Assembly: GCA_963663965.2 (NCBI GenBank)
Contig: CAXXFK010000021.1
Span: 32,001 to 96,000, forward strand
Source of the DNA: Sedimentisphaerales bacterium
GTDB taxonomy: Bacteria > Planctomycetota > Phycisphaerae > Sedimentisphaerales > SM23-30
Direction of reading: 5' to 3'
Length of the DNA: 64,000 nt
The notes beneath the pieces were generated by a model. The model had not been told where the DNA came from, did no database searches, and saw nothing but the letters and a program-made list of their open reading frames with translations. This document shows positions 13,901 through 20,755 of the stretch, piece by piece (the stretch's first letter is position 1; each line of letters starts with the position of its first letter). A program made the translations under genes and the position numbers.

Positions 13901-16900
13901 TCTACAACTACTTTTTGCATAATACTGTAAATTCCCCCTCCGGTTGATGCAACATCTTCTCTAAAAATATTATGCGTTATTAAACAATCCTGAATTAATC
14001 CGGACATCTGAAAGATGCCGCCCCCTAGATACTCAATATCACTAAAATCTCTAACATCACATGGATTATTTCTGATTATACAATTTAAAATTGTTGCCTT
14101 TGAATAGTTACTCGAGCCAGCCTGGTTATAATATTCTGGTGCATCTGCCAATGCTCTTGAATTAATGCCACCACCCCGCACTTGATTAAGTCTACTATTT
14201 ATATATCTGGCTGTGCCACCTCCTCCCGTTATCGTAAATCCAGCTAAAACTGTATTTTGACTTTCAAAACCTCCAAATGTTATAACACTACCTATTTCAT
14301 AACCAATAACAGGTTCTCCATTATTGTTCATTGATTCATTAATACGACTAATATTACCATCCATAGTTCGACCAGTTATAATAGTGTTCATTAAAGCACT
14401 TTCATTTTCCAGATATTCGCTTCTTACGGTAATATCCTTTACATATTCACTATATGGTCGATAGTCTCCTTCAGAACCATAATCTGGATCAAAACTTACC
14501 CAACGATCGATTATATTATCACCTATATTAGTATTACAAGGTTTGTAGTTAAAAAATAATAATTCATAATAAGTCCCCGGTTTGACAATAATGACATCAC
14601 CATCCCTGGCCATCTTTATAGCATGCCCGATGGTCAGGAAAGGTTCGGTTGCTGAACCAGAATTTTCGTCATTCCCAATCCCATTTGATAAACCATCCCC
14701 ATCCGTATCACCGCCATCAACATAATAAGTATCACAAATTTTTTCATCTGCACCAATATCAGCACGATACGTTTCTAAACCTAAACTATCAAAAGTTCTC
14801 TCGTTGCCATCAATATCTACCGTACTATTGACCGCCTGACTCCCTTTTTCAATACATGGCGAATCCGGCCTCAAATGATAGCCATCCGCCTTAAACGAGG
14901 GAGGATTGTCAATGTTAAAATTGGCCTCACCATCAAACGGGACCAGAATATCATCGGTATATTTATCCTGAATACAGGAGTAGCTGATCGTATAATTCTG
15001 ACTCGTTCCGAACTGAACATCGATCGCTTGATCATCATCAGTAATAATTGCGGTCTGCCCATTAAATGAACTCGACAAACCATTCTCCCAGATGATCGTA
15101 TTCAAAATCGCCATATTCGTTTCGGAATCTGCGCAACACAGCGCGGCGCCGCTGTCATTTCCATCAATCACCGCCGGATTACTCGTCGCTCGGTTTTTGA
15201 TAATAGTGCAGTTTTCAATCGTAATTTCAGATGCTTCAGACGCATAAATACCCCCTCCCTGCTGTATGGCAACATTGTCCTTGATAACACAATTTTGAAG
15301 AGTAACCTGGCTGCCGGCGCCATAAACGCCGGCGCCGCAAGCCTGCGATTGATTATTCGTGATAAAACACTGTGCGATGGCCGGCATTCCTTCATAACAG
15401 AAAATCCCGCCGCCTCCGGTATCGGCTTGATTGTCATGAATCAAACAATGCGAAATCGTCGGACTACTCCCATAACAGAATATCCCACCTCCCTGGAGTT
15501 GATACATATTCGATATTGCATCCACTCCCAGCGCATGACCATATATCCGGATATCATCGATCATGCCATCGAATGCCCGGCCGCCATCGATACAATCTCC
15601 GGCCGTAATCGCAAGGGAGGAATCGGTCAAACGCGCACCCGATAAGGCGCTCTGTTGATTATATCCGGTCTCGACGCCATCGACATAAAGCCGGACCATC
15701 CGTTCCGTGGCATCATCGTAGGTCATCACCAGATGATACCAGCGTCCGGCCACTGGATAAAAATCGGTCTCTACCAATGACCAGGCCTGACTGCCATTGA
15801 CAAAACCGAGTAACCGTTTCGGCTCCGATGAGGTTGGACTCCATAACTGGATACTCCAGGGATGGTTGTTATTATCTCCGATATTCCGTTGACAGATCAA
15901 ATGGGAATTGATGGTATCCGAAATCGTATCAGCCCGGAACCACAACGATACGGTAAACGCACTCATGCCATCCATAATGCCTGTACCACAATTGAGGTGG
16001 TCATTCACCCCATCCAATTGCACTGCCGGCCCCTGAATGAGGTTCTCTTCAGACTGCCAGCTGGCGCCATTGACACAATTGGCTGTCAACCCGCCTATTG
16101 CGTCGACCGTTGTAGTACCACTGGCTTCGTTCAATTCCCAATTAACAACAAGATCATTCAGACCACCGTTTTTTTGCCGCGCTTGTCTTATGATTTCAAC
16201 CGCAGGTAATATGGATCGATAAAGCTTGACCTCATCTAAATAACCCATAAAGGACCGGCCGCCGCCGGCACGATTTCCTATCGTAACAGGAATAGTGCTA
16301 TCGGTGACCATCAGACCAGGTGCCGTATCCTGCGTTAAATAAGTAGCCTCCGTACCGTTTGAATACAAATAGACCTTGCGATCCCCGGCTTCATCATAGG
16401 TCATCGTCACATGATACCACTGACCGGCTTGCGGAATGAAGTCTGATTGCCCAACGACGACCACATTACCACCAGAACCATCATCAGTACACACCGCGCC
16501 ACTTAACCGATACCCCATACTGCTATTTAAGTAGAGCGACCAGCGAATCGCACTGGTATTACGTTGCGAAACCAGATGTGGATAACTCTGCAGAAAGGTA
16601 TTTTCCGTAGCCTTAAACCAGCAGGAGACACTGAATGTCCGTAAATCGGTTAAATCCGCTGGATATCCACAATCCACATAATCATCCATGTTATCAAATT
16701 CTGCCGCACCACCACCTAAATGATAATTTTCAGAAACCTGGCTGATAACGGCCCCAGACAAGGTAGCGTCGTGATCCCCCTCATTATCTTGACCATCGAC
16801 ATCCAAAGGCCAATGAGAAATGCCTAATGAAGCCAATTGTGCAATTTCAGAGTCAGATATCTGACGATGAAATAGTTTCACCTCATCCAGACACCCCTTG

Positions 16901-18180
16901 AATGGCCGATCTTCCCCTTCGCGATTTCCCAATACCACCGGTATTTCATTAGTAACATTGTCAACAATGGAACCGGGAGCCACATTCTGAACCAGATAGT
17001 CACATTCTGCACCGTTAATATACAAATGGATCATCCGGTCATTGTTCGCATCAAATGTCATGGTTACATGATACCAAACACCCGTTTGTGGAATAAAATC
17101 GGATTGACTGACCACCGTAACAGAAGACCCTGCATTATCTTTACACAGACAGGCGCCATTAATTCGATACCCCATACTACTATCCAGATACAATGACCAA
17201 CGCAAATTGCCGGCATTCCGCTGTGAGATAAGATGGGGGTAAGTCCCCGACCACGGGTCTGCTCCGCGAAACCAACAGGAGACACTCAATGAGTGTAGAC
17301 TGCTATCTAGCTCAGAGGGGATACCACAATCGATATAGTCATTAATACCATCAAAAGGCATCGCTGAGCCTGCGACACCGTCCGTGACTGAAGTCGAACC
17401 GAATACGGTCCCATCGTGATCACCGATAATATCCGCTGTCATACCTGAATCAATTGAATCCAGCGGCCAATAGGCCATTGGGTTCAAATAGGATTCTACC
17501 GCTTCGCCGTCCGTAACTGTAAATCCTTTCAAACTGGAATTCCGATCCTGCACACCGGTTATTTGTACTGCCGGGCCAAATCCAGAAGGGGCAATTACCG
17601 TATTTTCCACGACCGACCAATTTTCAGGATCAGTACTTTGTACCTTAATATTCTTTCCCAGATAATTAATATTTTCACGATAGATCCCTTGATCAACTAA
17701 AACCTTATCATTCTCCTGAGCGACTTCGATTCCCATCTGGATAGTGGCAAAGGCATTTTCACTATCCCGGCCATGATGATCATCATGACCCGATGGAGAA
17801 ACATACCAGGTATCCGTCCCGGCTGGCTCAACAGTTATTAGCACACTAGCCGGATCCGACCATTTTCCCAGATCATCTTGCACCTCAAGGATTACATCGA
17901 ATGCTACCCCATCACTGGCTCGATTAAACTTGCATTGTGCCGTTGCTTGTTGTGATCCTTGGATATAGACGGCTTCAACAGGAAACGTCCAGCGATAGGC
18001 AACAATGGCACCATCAGTATCATTGCCACTTCCAGCAAACTGAACCGTCTCCCCAACCTTCACGGTTTGTGCCATACCCGGATAGGCCGTTGGCGTACTG
18101 TTCAATGATGCCATAATTCGCACTTGAACTAAAAGTATTAAAAATACGCAAATGAGACCTTTCCTTATTTTCCAACTCAT
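1..18180 (-). CDS. Giant secreted multidomain Rhs/YD-repeat protein, >=6060 aa, 3' end beyond the left edge
   Basis: ATG at 18180 with AAGGAG RBS. N-terminus MSWKIRKGLICVFLILLVQVRIMA is signal-peptide-like. Hand translation in the same frame gives sensible domains at several sampled points (PKD AYPGMAQTVKVGETVQF; RCC1 AGIDHSLALDKYGNVWSWGNNSYGQLG; YD repeats EYDYNEAGIRVS). Every minus-strand ORF listed in 1-18180 is in a different frame, as expected if this frame has no stop in the window. Confidence 0.93.
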   Translation of the reverse strand, partial: MSWKIRKGLICVFLILLVQVRIMASLNSTPTAYPGMAQTVKVGETVQFAGSGNDTDGAIVAYRWTFPVEAVYIQGSQQATAQCKFNRASDGVAFDVILEVQDDLGKWSDPASVLITVEPAGTDTWYVSPSGHDDHHGRDSENAFATIQMGIEVAQENDKVLVDQGIYRENINYLGKNIKVQSTDPENWSVVENTVIAPSGFGPAVQITGVQDRNSSLKGFTVTDGEAVESYLNPMAYWPLDSIDSGMTADIIGDHDGTVFGSTSVTDGVAGSAMPFDGINDYIDCGIPSELDSSLHSLSVSCWFRGADPWSGTYPHLISQRNAGNLRWSLYLDSSMGYRINGACLCKDNAGSSVTVVSQSDFIPQTGVWYHVTMTFDANNDRMIHLYINGAECDYLVQNVAPGSIVDNVTNEIPVVLGNREGEDRPFKGCLDEVKLFHRQISDSEIAQLASLGISHWPLDVDGQDNEGDHDATLSGAVISQVSENYHLGGGAAEFDNMDDYVDCGYPADLTDLRTFSVSCWFKATENTFLQSYPHLVSQRNTSAIRWSLYLNSSMGYRLSGAVCTDDGSGGNVVVVGQSDFIPQAGQWYHVTMTYDEAGDRKVYLYSNGTEATYLTQDTAPGLMVTDSTIPVTIGNRAGGGRSFMGYLDEVKLYRSILPAVEIIRQARQKNGGLNDLVVNWELNEASGTTTVDAIGGLTANCVNGASWQSEENLIQGPAVQLDGVNDHLNCGTGIMDGMSAFTVSLWFRADTISDTINSHLICQRNIGDNNNHPWSIQLWSPTSSEPKRLLGFVNGSQAWSLVETDFYPVAGRWYHLVMTYDDATERMVRLYVDGVETGYNQQSALSGARLTDSSLAITAGDCIDGGRAFDGMIDDIRIYGHALGVDAISNMYQLQGGGIFCYGSSPTISHCLIHDNQADTGGGGIFCYEGMPAIAQCFITNNQSQACGAGVYGAGSQVTLQNCVIKDNVAIQQGGGIYASEASEITIENCTIIKNRATSNPAVIDGNDSGAALCCADSETNMAILNTIIWENGLSSSFNGQTAIITDDDQAIDVQFGTSQNYTISYSCIQDKYTDDILVPFDGEANFNIDNPPSFKADGYHLRPDSPCIEKGSQAVNSTVDIDGNERTFDSLGLETYRADIGADEKICDTYYVDGGDTDGDGLSNGIGNDENSGSATEPFLTIGHAIKMARDGDVIIVKPGTYYELLFFNYKPCNTNIGDNIIDRWVSFDPDYGSEGDYRPYSEYVKDITVRSEYLENESALMNTIITGRTMDGNISRINESMNNNGEPVIGYEIGSVITFGGFESQNTVLAGFTITGGGGTARYINSRLNQVRGGGINSRALADAPEYYNQAGSSNYSKATILNCIIRNNPCDVRDFSDIEYLGGGIFQMSGLIQDCLITHNIFREDVASTGGGIYSIMQKVVVDRCVIENNCAWYGGGAVISGTITNSVITGNIAYENNAGLAIYIGGDSNIDMRSRVINCTIARNICLSDSAGQGMKYLQHGSGPDNDFKYLYINNSIISKNFLCNCGLRESNIAFKNSSASQNIWFMNNLCYFLPTASLWPGINYESNFEQDADDWNVDYHFHAENNFSIDPQFVNPYLLCDHLPRTGQPANDNWILFRIPSYFEIGDYIEFNGNGMLYQVTGCPQANYREIEGIDGIDDDVSMYKGMRTFIRNWGKVLPSSLIPNWHLQEGSPCKDAGVAAAFMGHVDIDGDSRVINGIPDIGADEICVVTNHSPVASLSIASPEFFVVNDTTVIHDMDDIEGVAVVFDGSQSSDPDDGDVIEYIWTCNGQLLAGETGQTLTLNCGWGEHVIGLTVTDQADASSGPAEITVVINRPPVADAGEDQIVHITDGVSAEVSLDGSGSLDPENGELSYEWQDENGNVIGQNDQVSLTLAAGSYTYTLVVSDGYHAAGFDTVAIIVNTPPQAVIHVDNTVMVDDDQDGTALVTFTSESSDVDLQDSIQSYLWTDGNDQPYPDGTGSSIELRLALGSHTVKLFVMDSRGATGSAEVTVEVIPPFTLEAGKNKVITLPELQTLLSGAKVTGSNALSWNWETIFSPAGITVECPTDEPDAEATFTIDDAYFEVFDRADLVLKLNGADRGEILADQIKVSIMPDMNRQSAPKVQINNVSVGDTGNEQQYLWSLNATIQDDGKPFGILSAYWEKVSGPGDVLFNAEQHNKLPVAIEQINASAVEAVFTCEGVYILKLTASDGEKTGFDLVSIEVGPDQTNTPPRIYWGVESDPTDNKLILDTKTTAEQFKMLKYDLGTMDTIPLLTIEDQPEGLAELTYLWTLVRGDETSITIEDPEILHAIADFTKCGHYVFRLEVSDGQFTSYDLLDIEIVSENPIYSIDAGDYQVTYLPRNFAYLYGIVDTSNESVEQITWSLKHAPIGAEVAIDNSDSIETKVHFQDYRAGIYIFALKVLVNDIILEDNVTVRVESTYNISCSDSYDATYIDVHALCINSDHTTKSIGCNRFTNAEGEGGALGWDNTYDSSWYPYFQLVHSNVQNSGSYLTGIIAISTGAYNSMAIDLSGNLYSWGWSDYDISLCNCLGNTRIPQKMDFGIVTEPIIIGMASNAHSRFAYDSLGRAWFWGCSFDGESGCDDDSNGYFNTALPKNINDVSSLQNVINISTSHFWRTFFLDDGIIRDGKGKVYSCGHYYGGMLGIGSINSNIVSPLPVHRGSQLYNDSDYLENIVSISAGKDHVLALEMLDDIDSNEYDGRVLAWGLNSCYPNNCLLGTNDTELEVAYEPIYVNGGEQFIENGEQGSNILKNIISIDAGIDHSLALDKYGNVWSWGNNSYGQLGIESNSSGNEFKATPVKVCNVDMSDVISISAGNRVSFAKDRFGNVWVWGRWTSSTNNSTLESYLEPKLLDTGESTVINITQSKKYQTISMAVSEVVSNDEEIIVGAGDYNERIILSNEYPSMIIRSVQPDNWDEVQNTTIISPDAGLNIIEISHNDSTIKGLSIMGGKSGINCINEASPRIENCIIYGNSHSGIYTCGQSGPVISCNQIFDNSRYGICFENDDFDGYTYAGTPRIIGNIVSDNGEGMYHQLFLYKACGEGMIWNNTIDSPFIENPPSESNYRIYNSFSSFPYGYPQIFNNILIPGDDGKLYYGCDGAGFNINRDDIDENFYNENIFNSLLNTSGAIRGGCEIVESDLYIDINDQPRIMYNEQSGNSNIDFGAYEYSPLTISAGVSRIIDYPVGQNQLSVWFDDAYVKLKDVPYNSMSEISYEWSVISQPEGSNVAFSNSSVLNPQVTFTYDLPGTYRLLLKVKDNVGRVVGGDTVWIALARNEVIQAQIKIDDEVYQKNQNIVLGGDVELSGMINGIANASYTSSWSVISGPSSAHINDPSQTNTLVNFSEPGLYQFQFTVLRDLRLVGSDTVFVLVDHPVVTVEAGMDQILQLGSPGFVAGTQLKGSIAGEVPYAIVWQQISGPDGFMMYEAENHTLNPEVLFGKVGDYQIALIATNSYGDMIGADYVEICVQESTIELSASLENDAPAGYINLKGTLLGADPSQYTFKWSSPNGLFEFGNAQQLSTWAKVSGLAPGLYEVSLSAYDNTSQLVAIDILEVSISGSKDLYSPDWVDAGEDISLNLLQDNLNVQLSGMSTTPRTKWLYYGTEEIWLEDDSDLNTSITLPGAGDYPLYLLALDENDAIIDMDSLVISISWEPAISITAAIEPAVATQIDDNPVEILLIAQPELGADQEATYYNWYHSGTPDDVQITTRFNPDTHQVDYIALVNNPGQYVFSLELLSSQDNTVITGSSAIATINRSGIYVDLGPDRTWIAGQEPVSIYPMILGDLPIAYQGVSGYYLAWQYASDFDFTAAAGSGENENIITFEEGIQTSGKCRVTLNVYEDLGTQGPSSEDQLIGSDFMVIEIYPENSLPIVYAGRNRSILLTEAQVSISLDDVIIKDDILVLGDNGLEVIWTAEPDIYSIDTTAPDNPEITFNRPGLYKITVSVKDHLLTALSQDDTATDTVVIYVGADTEGILVNAGEDQTVTWPQNEIWLKDAWVLPADTQVQWQITNGIAFDPSNTVINPFVSFQEPSDYDMTIVANEDSNISDSITVSVLPRGEDQAAPTIDSFTGTYNNRASNIDNDNSVTGSITVNADAHDEDGGSGIQVMILKLSNGQILCVEHSNALTCEFSTAHLRNGSSYTLTLEAIDNAGNRSSSTKQFGVQNQFSVSPRVVEDYPQVLTFNMTVPWSKIVLSNGYEFEADDQNATTYITDDAWLSDLTEEDDGTWIATLYDVSGNPLAETVKFILALGKPVAKISNLNPVDDDDDLFGDNNLLNIHVDGTPPTIIQDGLFTLMGKAYHRSANSDIEYLVEIFDDNGTFYRNLTPGYLINGYRRQRIGNENDTGILGELDLTNVPNGVYNLKLVVRCHGHYDTDETQIALSSSLKIGNVQFTQEDLVIPIGGVPIRVSRTYNSLHKDYDSEFGYGWSYSFANLDMQLNERRITKSEDNGKWTCRMGGDFDRDVTLTLPDGRRVVFAYTLLPCSGPGTNNWKVVYQAPDGVNDVLETSITCKLCYGGGMYGVGYFWAIGNKYNIPLISNAPLNLGIQDFPGYKLTLQDGTVYNFERKDYGSHFVQGYDNALKEEDLFEYQAYGKPFLASIEMTSGDKIEFIYDENSDGEHPRCVEVKSCLNGNTSFSKSITLDWEDNRISKVNSPNHTQAPLLSYEYDSSGNLKYVHKLDETGEPEETVEYCYDGENRNEDGQLIARFTPEDHYITDIIDPRGLKPIRYLYDDQGRLTGTIDAKGNQITLSHAISGKTETVYSRSDPDKTNPTIYAYDERGNVVSETRIVSGAPARETLYGYSSVAQPDRPTSVTQKVPNPENYPEVPVDAVTRYEYYNYPGTSKLYHEVTIDPVNNVSITVYDEKGRVDVSISGKNAALNGDGLLVSYDPVSVTVNEYRVDLENRDFLRSTAQIKPESQYFANSAGILPVSEILQIPGAILSRTEYEYEQGRICQVIQDIDDNPTNENEIYTTYWYNVDVSNSFDQPYSVSEPHRYNETPVYRQFSKYDANGNQVESWTRWQDPAETSVIKRILNKPTLDRQGRTTQTKQLVYDESDMTQVSERTLSETVYNCIGQVDYTIDENRNLTRYYYDELGQVVETVTARAPASGIDVDSYLNDPANILTVSQTLYDVEGRTLVSVDTHEYGQPATATETVYDALGQVERTRRWANVRIHLETFVDKTCRVAGKRVPANYIAGNAWASSEDAGESELAWWVVDGQTRVQPVAGNELSYSRTEYDCAGRTSRAVVLDDGGYERVTGYRYDLAGRQIMTLDHQAFNLDDTTDYRLEGKWHVIDTDLNSIAVADYDYEYTARTAYDGNQRKYTYEPGSFDANGGISEPDGSPIYRYAHRTEYSYDEQGRLITTQLPSVDGIGITFIHVGYDVYGRKEWETEPTIKTLGALTNNDKKQYEYDPVTGQLIKVTLPDPDDGTEHPSYRYIYDQYGNQVAKIDPLWRITVSKYNEFQQQTVQYQPFLYSDNYSDVEVIEAFEELDTADEIYNELNTNHGSTLFESWQYDEQNRLKLHTDYEEQAVAYLYNNDGRLEEKRYYAEDDTDKGNYLNQNYDDSEDNWSEKYHYDYDNLGRLWQTTKTVAGEDPVVVEEIDYDFDGQIESITTPQGVVNYGYNLITGQKNRTWTHKRDDSTTVYSDTQYEYDCLNRLESANDNLKAMNNRYGYNEAGSRKSMELGNSVSPCYHYDALHRLTGLHNYDSKYDALTNPNPGVLSSFIYTHYADGLRHSVTEQVQQNGSTENRVVTYSYDLLNRLIDESSLLGGSDEYQIEYGYDLVGNRSSRTVTVGGQELTTTYSYNDRDQLEYETQSGPVCAYDIGEDRIYAYHDHGDITYTMAGHEGRIGGFKAFAMGLPTRMDRYLWQLLLVITLAMMLAPVLITAIIYHVRKGQGCEIKPRFGLATRGISVFLAYLFIISPAMLRQSCQAAVSYDQISACDWGRNGRVIQYAYDDNGSLISRLTLDSGAESESVSYRYNLQNRLERVVTNDGFGELEIVEYDYNEAGIRVSALKYTAPALVDNE
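5940..8580 (-). repeat. Tandem PKD/Ig-like repeats in the giant protein (approximate boundaries)
   Basis: Recurring ~100-aa units with VxAGxD starts, a central Trp and PGxYxFxL strands. Confidence 0.7.
9600..10860 (-). repeat. RCC1-like repeats (beta-propeller) in the giant protein
   Basis: IISIDAGIDHSLALDKYGNVWSWGNNSYGQLG at ~9745-9840, with similar repeats upstream. Confidence 0.8.
10870..12930 (-). repeat. PKD/Ig-like repeats in the giant protein (approximate boundaries)
   Basis: NRPPVADAGEDQ and LDGSGSLDPENGELSYEW-type motifs. Confidence 0.7.
15560..17480 (-). repeat. Three tandem LamG-like (concanavalin A fold) domains
   Basis: Three ~210-aa units sharing YWPLD/HWPLD/NWELN starts, WYHV/L-x-MT and F/YxGxL/IDE/DV motifs. 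Copies 1 and 2 also share DNA (cgataccccatact at ~17165 and ~16508). Confidence 0.85.
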
Positions 18181-18257
18181 CAGAAACACTCCTTAAAGCC
18201 TTTATTTCAATTGAATCCTTATTACCTTTACACTAATTATAACCGACAGAATTTTTG

Positions 18258-20663
18258 TTACTGACTATTTAACCATTGAGAAGCGGTATGGGCTATTTGA
18301 GTATCAGGATAATCCCGAACAATTTGTTCATATAATGCCCGTATACGCAGTTGAACTTCGACTTGGTTCAGCCGTTTTTGGTTGCTGAGTTGCTGATAAC
18401 ACATCGCCAGAGTATAACAGACACTGCCACAATGCTCATCGGCTGGCCAGTCATTCAGGAGCCTTTGATAATAGTACACGGCCAAAGTATAGTTATTAAG
18501 CAGTCGGTAGCTATCACCCAGATATAGCAATATCTCAGCGCTCCTTCTGGATGGCGGCAACTCATTTAATATCCGATTGAACACGCCAATTGCCTTGAGC
18601 AGATAGGGTTTTCGCCCAGTGCGTTGTCTGGGTTCTCCCAGGCTCCCTCGTTCATAATAATCTTCTCCCACCCGCAATGCTGCCAACTCCAGATCCGGAT
18701 GTTTTCGGTATTCAGTAAATATCTCCTCAACAGGATCGACGGCCAGATCGATCATCTGGCCCGCATTGAAATCACAGGCTAAATCCGACAGGGCTGCCAT
18801 GCCACTTAGAGCTCGAATCCGGTCATCCGAATCAGGATGTCTATCCAGAACCCACTGATACCACTGGGCCGCTTGGCTATAACGCCCCGCCTGCTTACAA
18901 TGTTGGGCACACTCGTTGACAACTCCAACAGCCATTGCCTGACCATCTAACGCCGCAATCAGGGAATCTAACTGGTTAGATACTTCGTTGGGATCTCCAG
19001 TATAAATAGTGGCGATCGCTAATCCTTTATGCAAATCAGCATTCATTCCTAATGATGGAACTTCCAAAAAATAACGATAGATCTCACTAGCTTGCTTATA
19101 TTGCTTATTTTTCAGGTAAACACACCCGATCGAATCTATTGCCTGAGCCAGACGTGGATGCTGTTGATATTGTTCAATGAGACTAGCAAATGAATCAAAA
19201 CTAGTCGACTCTTTTTGATAGAGCTCGGTTATTATCAGCCCGGCCTCTGCCAGAATCACCTGATCACTCCCAGGATAATTATTTCGTATTCCCTCATATA
19301 AAGACCTGGCCTCTTGATAATATCCGGCAACGTTATAATAATCCGCAATCTCACGTACTGTTTCTGGGCATATGCCCAAGCCGGCTCCTGTCTCCTGGAT
19401 TGTATGCACCAGAGCCATGGCGCTATTGGGATCAGACTCCTGAATCTCCAGCCAGGCCAGGTCCTTACGTGCCAGCATACCATTGTTATCATTGGGATAC
19501 ATAGCAATAATGGCTTGATAAAGTCGTCTGGCTTTCGAATATTCCTTTGTTTGATGCAGCAATGATTGACCTACCTGCTTACGTATAGAAGCCATATCCG
19601 AAATCAATATTGGCAATCCTTCGATCAGGTAATCTAATTGTTCTTCAGTCAATAATTCCAGGGCCTGTGTTTTATTCATCTCCGCCCACTTTACGACCGC
19701 CTGATAGCCCGCTTTCACAGCCGGTTGGTCTTGCAGGATACGACTGATTAAATTATTGGCGGATTGATATTGATCTACGGCCTGATAGTCACCGGCCAAT
19801 TCGAGCAGGACCGGATAGAACTCAGCCGGACTGCCGGCATCTTGGATTAATATCCGTTCAACATAACTCCGTGCTGATTCAAAATCCCCCTGTTGTATCC
19901 GGGAATAAGCCATCCCCTGATCGGCATAGAGAGGTTGACTGCCGGCAGGCCAGATATCTAATTGCTTATATAATGTTTCAGCCTGTGCAAATTCTCCTTG
20001 AATCACCCATTGGCGGGCAAGAGTACGAACATAAGGCACTGATTCTTCATGTGATGGATATCTCTGCCTTAAAACTTCTGCTACCTGAAACGCCGCCTCA
20101 GATTGTCCTGTTGCCAGTTGAATTTCACCTGCTTGGACGTACAGTTTGGCAATATCCGGGTGACTGGCCAAACCATGCAAACCGGCTTGACATACCTTCA
20201 AAGCCCATGCCATATCTTTAGCCTGACGGGCAGTTTTTACCAATTCAACCACCTGAGCCACAACAGCATCATAACTGGAGTAGCGAGACAATATTGATGT
20301 AAGCCAGGCTTGAGATCTCGATTGGTTGCCCTTTTCCCAAGCCAGTTGGCAAAGCTTCTGACAGGCAATCAATGCTTGATTTGTTTCAGGATACTGGATA
20401 ATAACCTGGTATAGCTGATCTGCCGCCTCAAATTCCTGGCCAGAAGACAGTAATTGTAATCCTTGCTCTAATTCAGAAATAGCCAGAGCAATCGGATCAC
20501 TGGATTTCTCCAAAGTTTCCTGCTGAGATAATTCAGTTAGAGTCGTAACCGCATCCTGGGCTCCCCCGATGCGATTTATTCCGAATAGCATAATTCCTAA
20601 AGCAATAAGAATTATTACCAGATCCGTATCTGCTTTACCATGCCGCCAGATAAACTTCACCAT
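18258..20663 (-). CDS. Large tetratricopeptide-repeat (TPR) protein with N-terminal signal/anchor
   Basis: Many TPR-like units (e.g. ILLYLGDSYRLLNNYTLAVYYYQRLLNDWP) and a hydrophobic N-terminal segment. The ATG at 20663 has an AGGAG RBS; the ORF-track start at 20690 lacks one. Confidence 0.88.
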   Translation of the reverse strand: MVKFIWRHGKADTDLVIILIALGIMLFGINRIGGAQDAVTTLTELSQQETLEKSSDPIALAISELEQGLQLLSSGQEFEAADQLYQVIIQYPETNQALIACQKLCQLAWEKGNQSRSQAWLTSILSRYSSYDAVVAQVVELVKTARQAKDMAWALKVCQAGLHGLASHPDIAKLYVQAGEIQLATGQSEAAFQVAEVLRQRYPSHEESVPYVRTLARQWVIQGEFAQAETLYKQLDIWPAGSQPLYADQGMAYSRIQQGDFESARSYVERILIQDAGSPAEFYPVLLELAGDYQAVDQYQSANNLISRILQDQPAVKAGYQAVVKWAEMNKTQALELLTEEQLDYLIEGLPILISDMASIRKQVGQSLLHQTKEYSKARRLYQAIIAMYPNDNNGMLARKDLAWLEIQESDPNSAMALVHTIQETGAGLGICPETVREIADYYNVAGYYQEARSLYEGIRNNYPGSDQVILAEAGLIITELYQKESTSFDSFASLIEQYQQHPRLAQAIDSIGCVYLKNKQYKQASEIYRYFLEVPSLGMNADLHKGLAIATIYTGDPNEVSNQLDSLIAALDGQAMAVGVVNECAQHCKQAGRYSQAAQWYQWVLDRHPDSDDRIRALSGMAALSDLACDFNAGQMIDLAVDPVEEIFTEYRKHPDLELAALRVGEDYYERGSLGEPRQRTGRKPYLLKAIGVFNRILNELPPSRRSAEILLYLGDSYRLLNNYTLAVYYYQRLLNDWPADEHCGSVCYTLAMCYQQLSNQKRLNQVEVQLRIRALYEQIVRDYPDTQIAHTASQWLNSQ

Positions 20664-20755
20664 CTGCTTTACTCCTAATGATAGGCCCATTGATTATTTA
20701 ATATAATATCGGTCTATTATATATTTATATATAATCTACCTTACTAGTATATGCC

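Noticed and set aside
444..17285. Many short ORFs listed in the track in this region
   Set aside because: They are antisense or off-frame shadows of the single giant minus-strand CDS.
18258..20663. Recurrent DPN tripeptides (ESDPNS, TGDPNE; also KDPNT in the 61437 ORF) as a modification tag
   Set aside because: Too few occurrences in this window to show enrichment.
20716..20735. AT-only palindrome ATTATATA-TTTA-TATATAAT
   Set aside because: Low complexity; expected by chance in AT-rich DNA.
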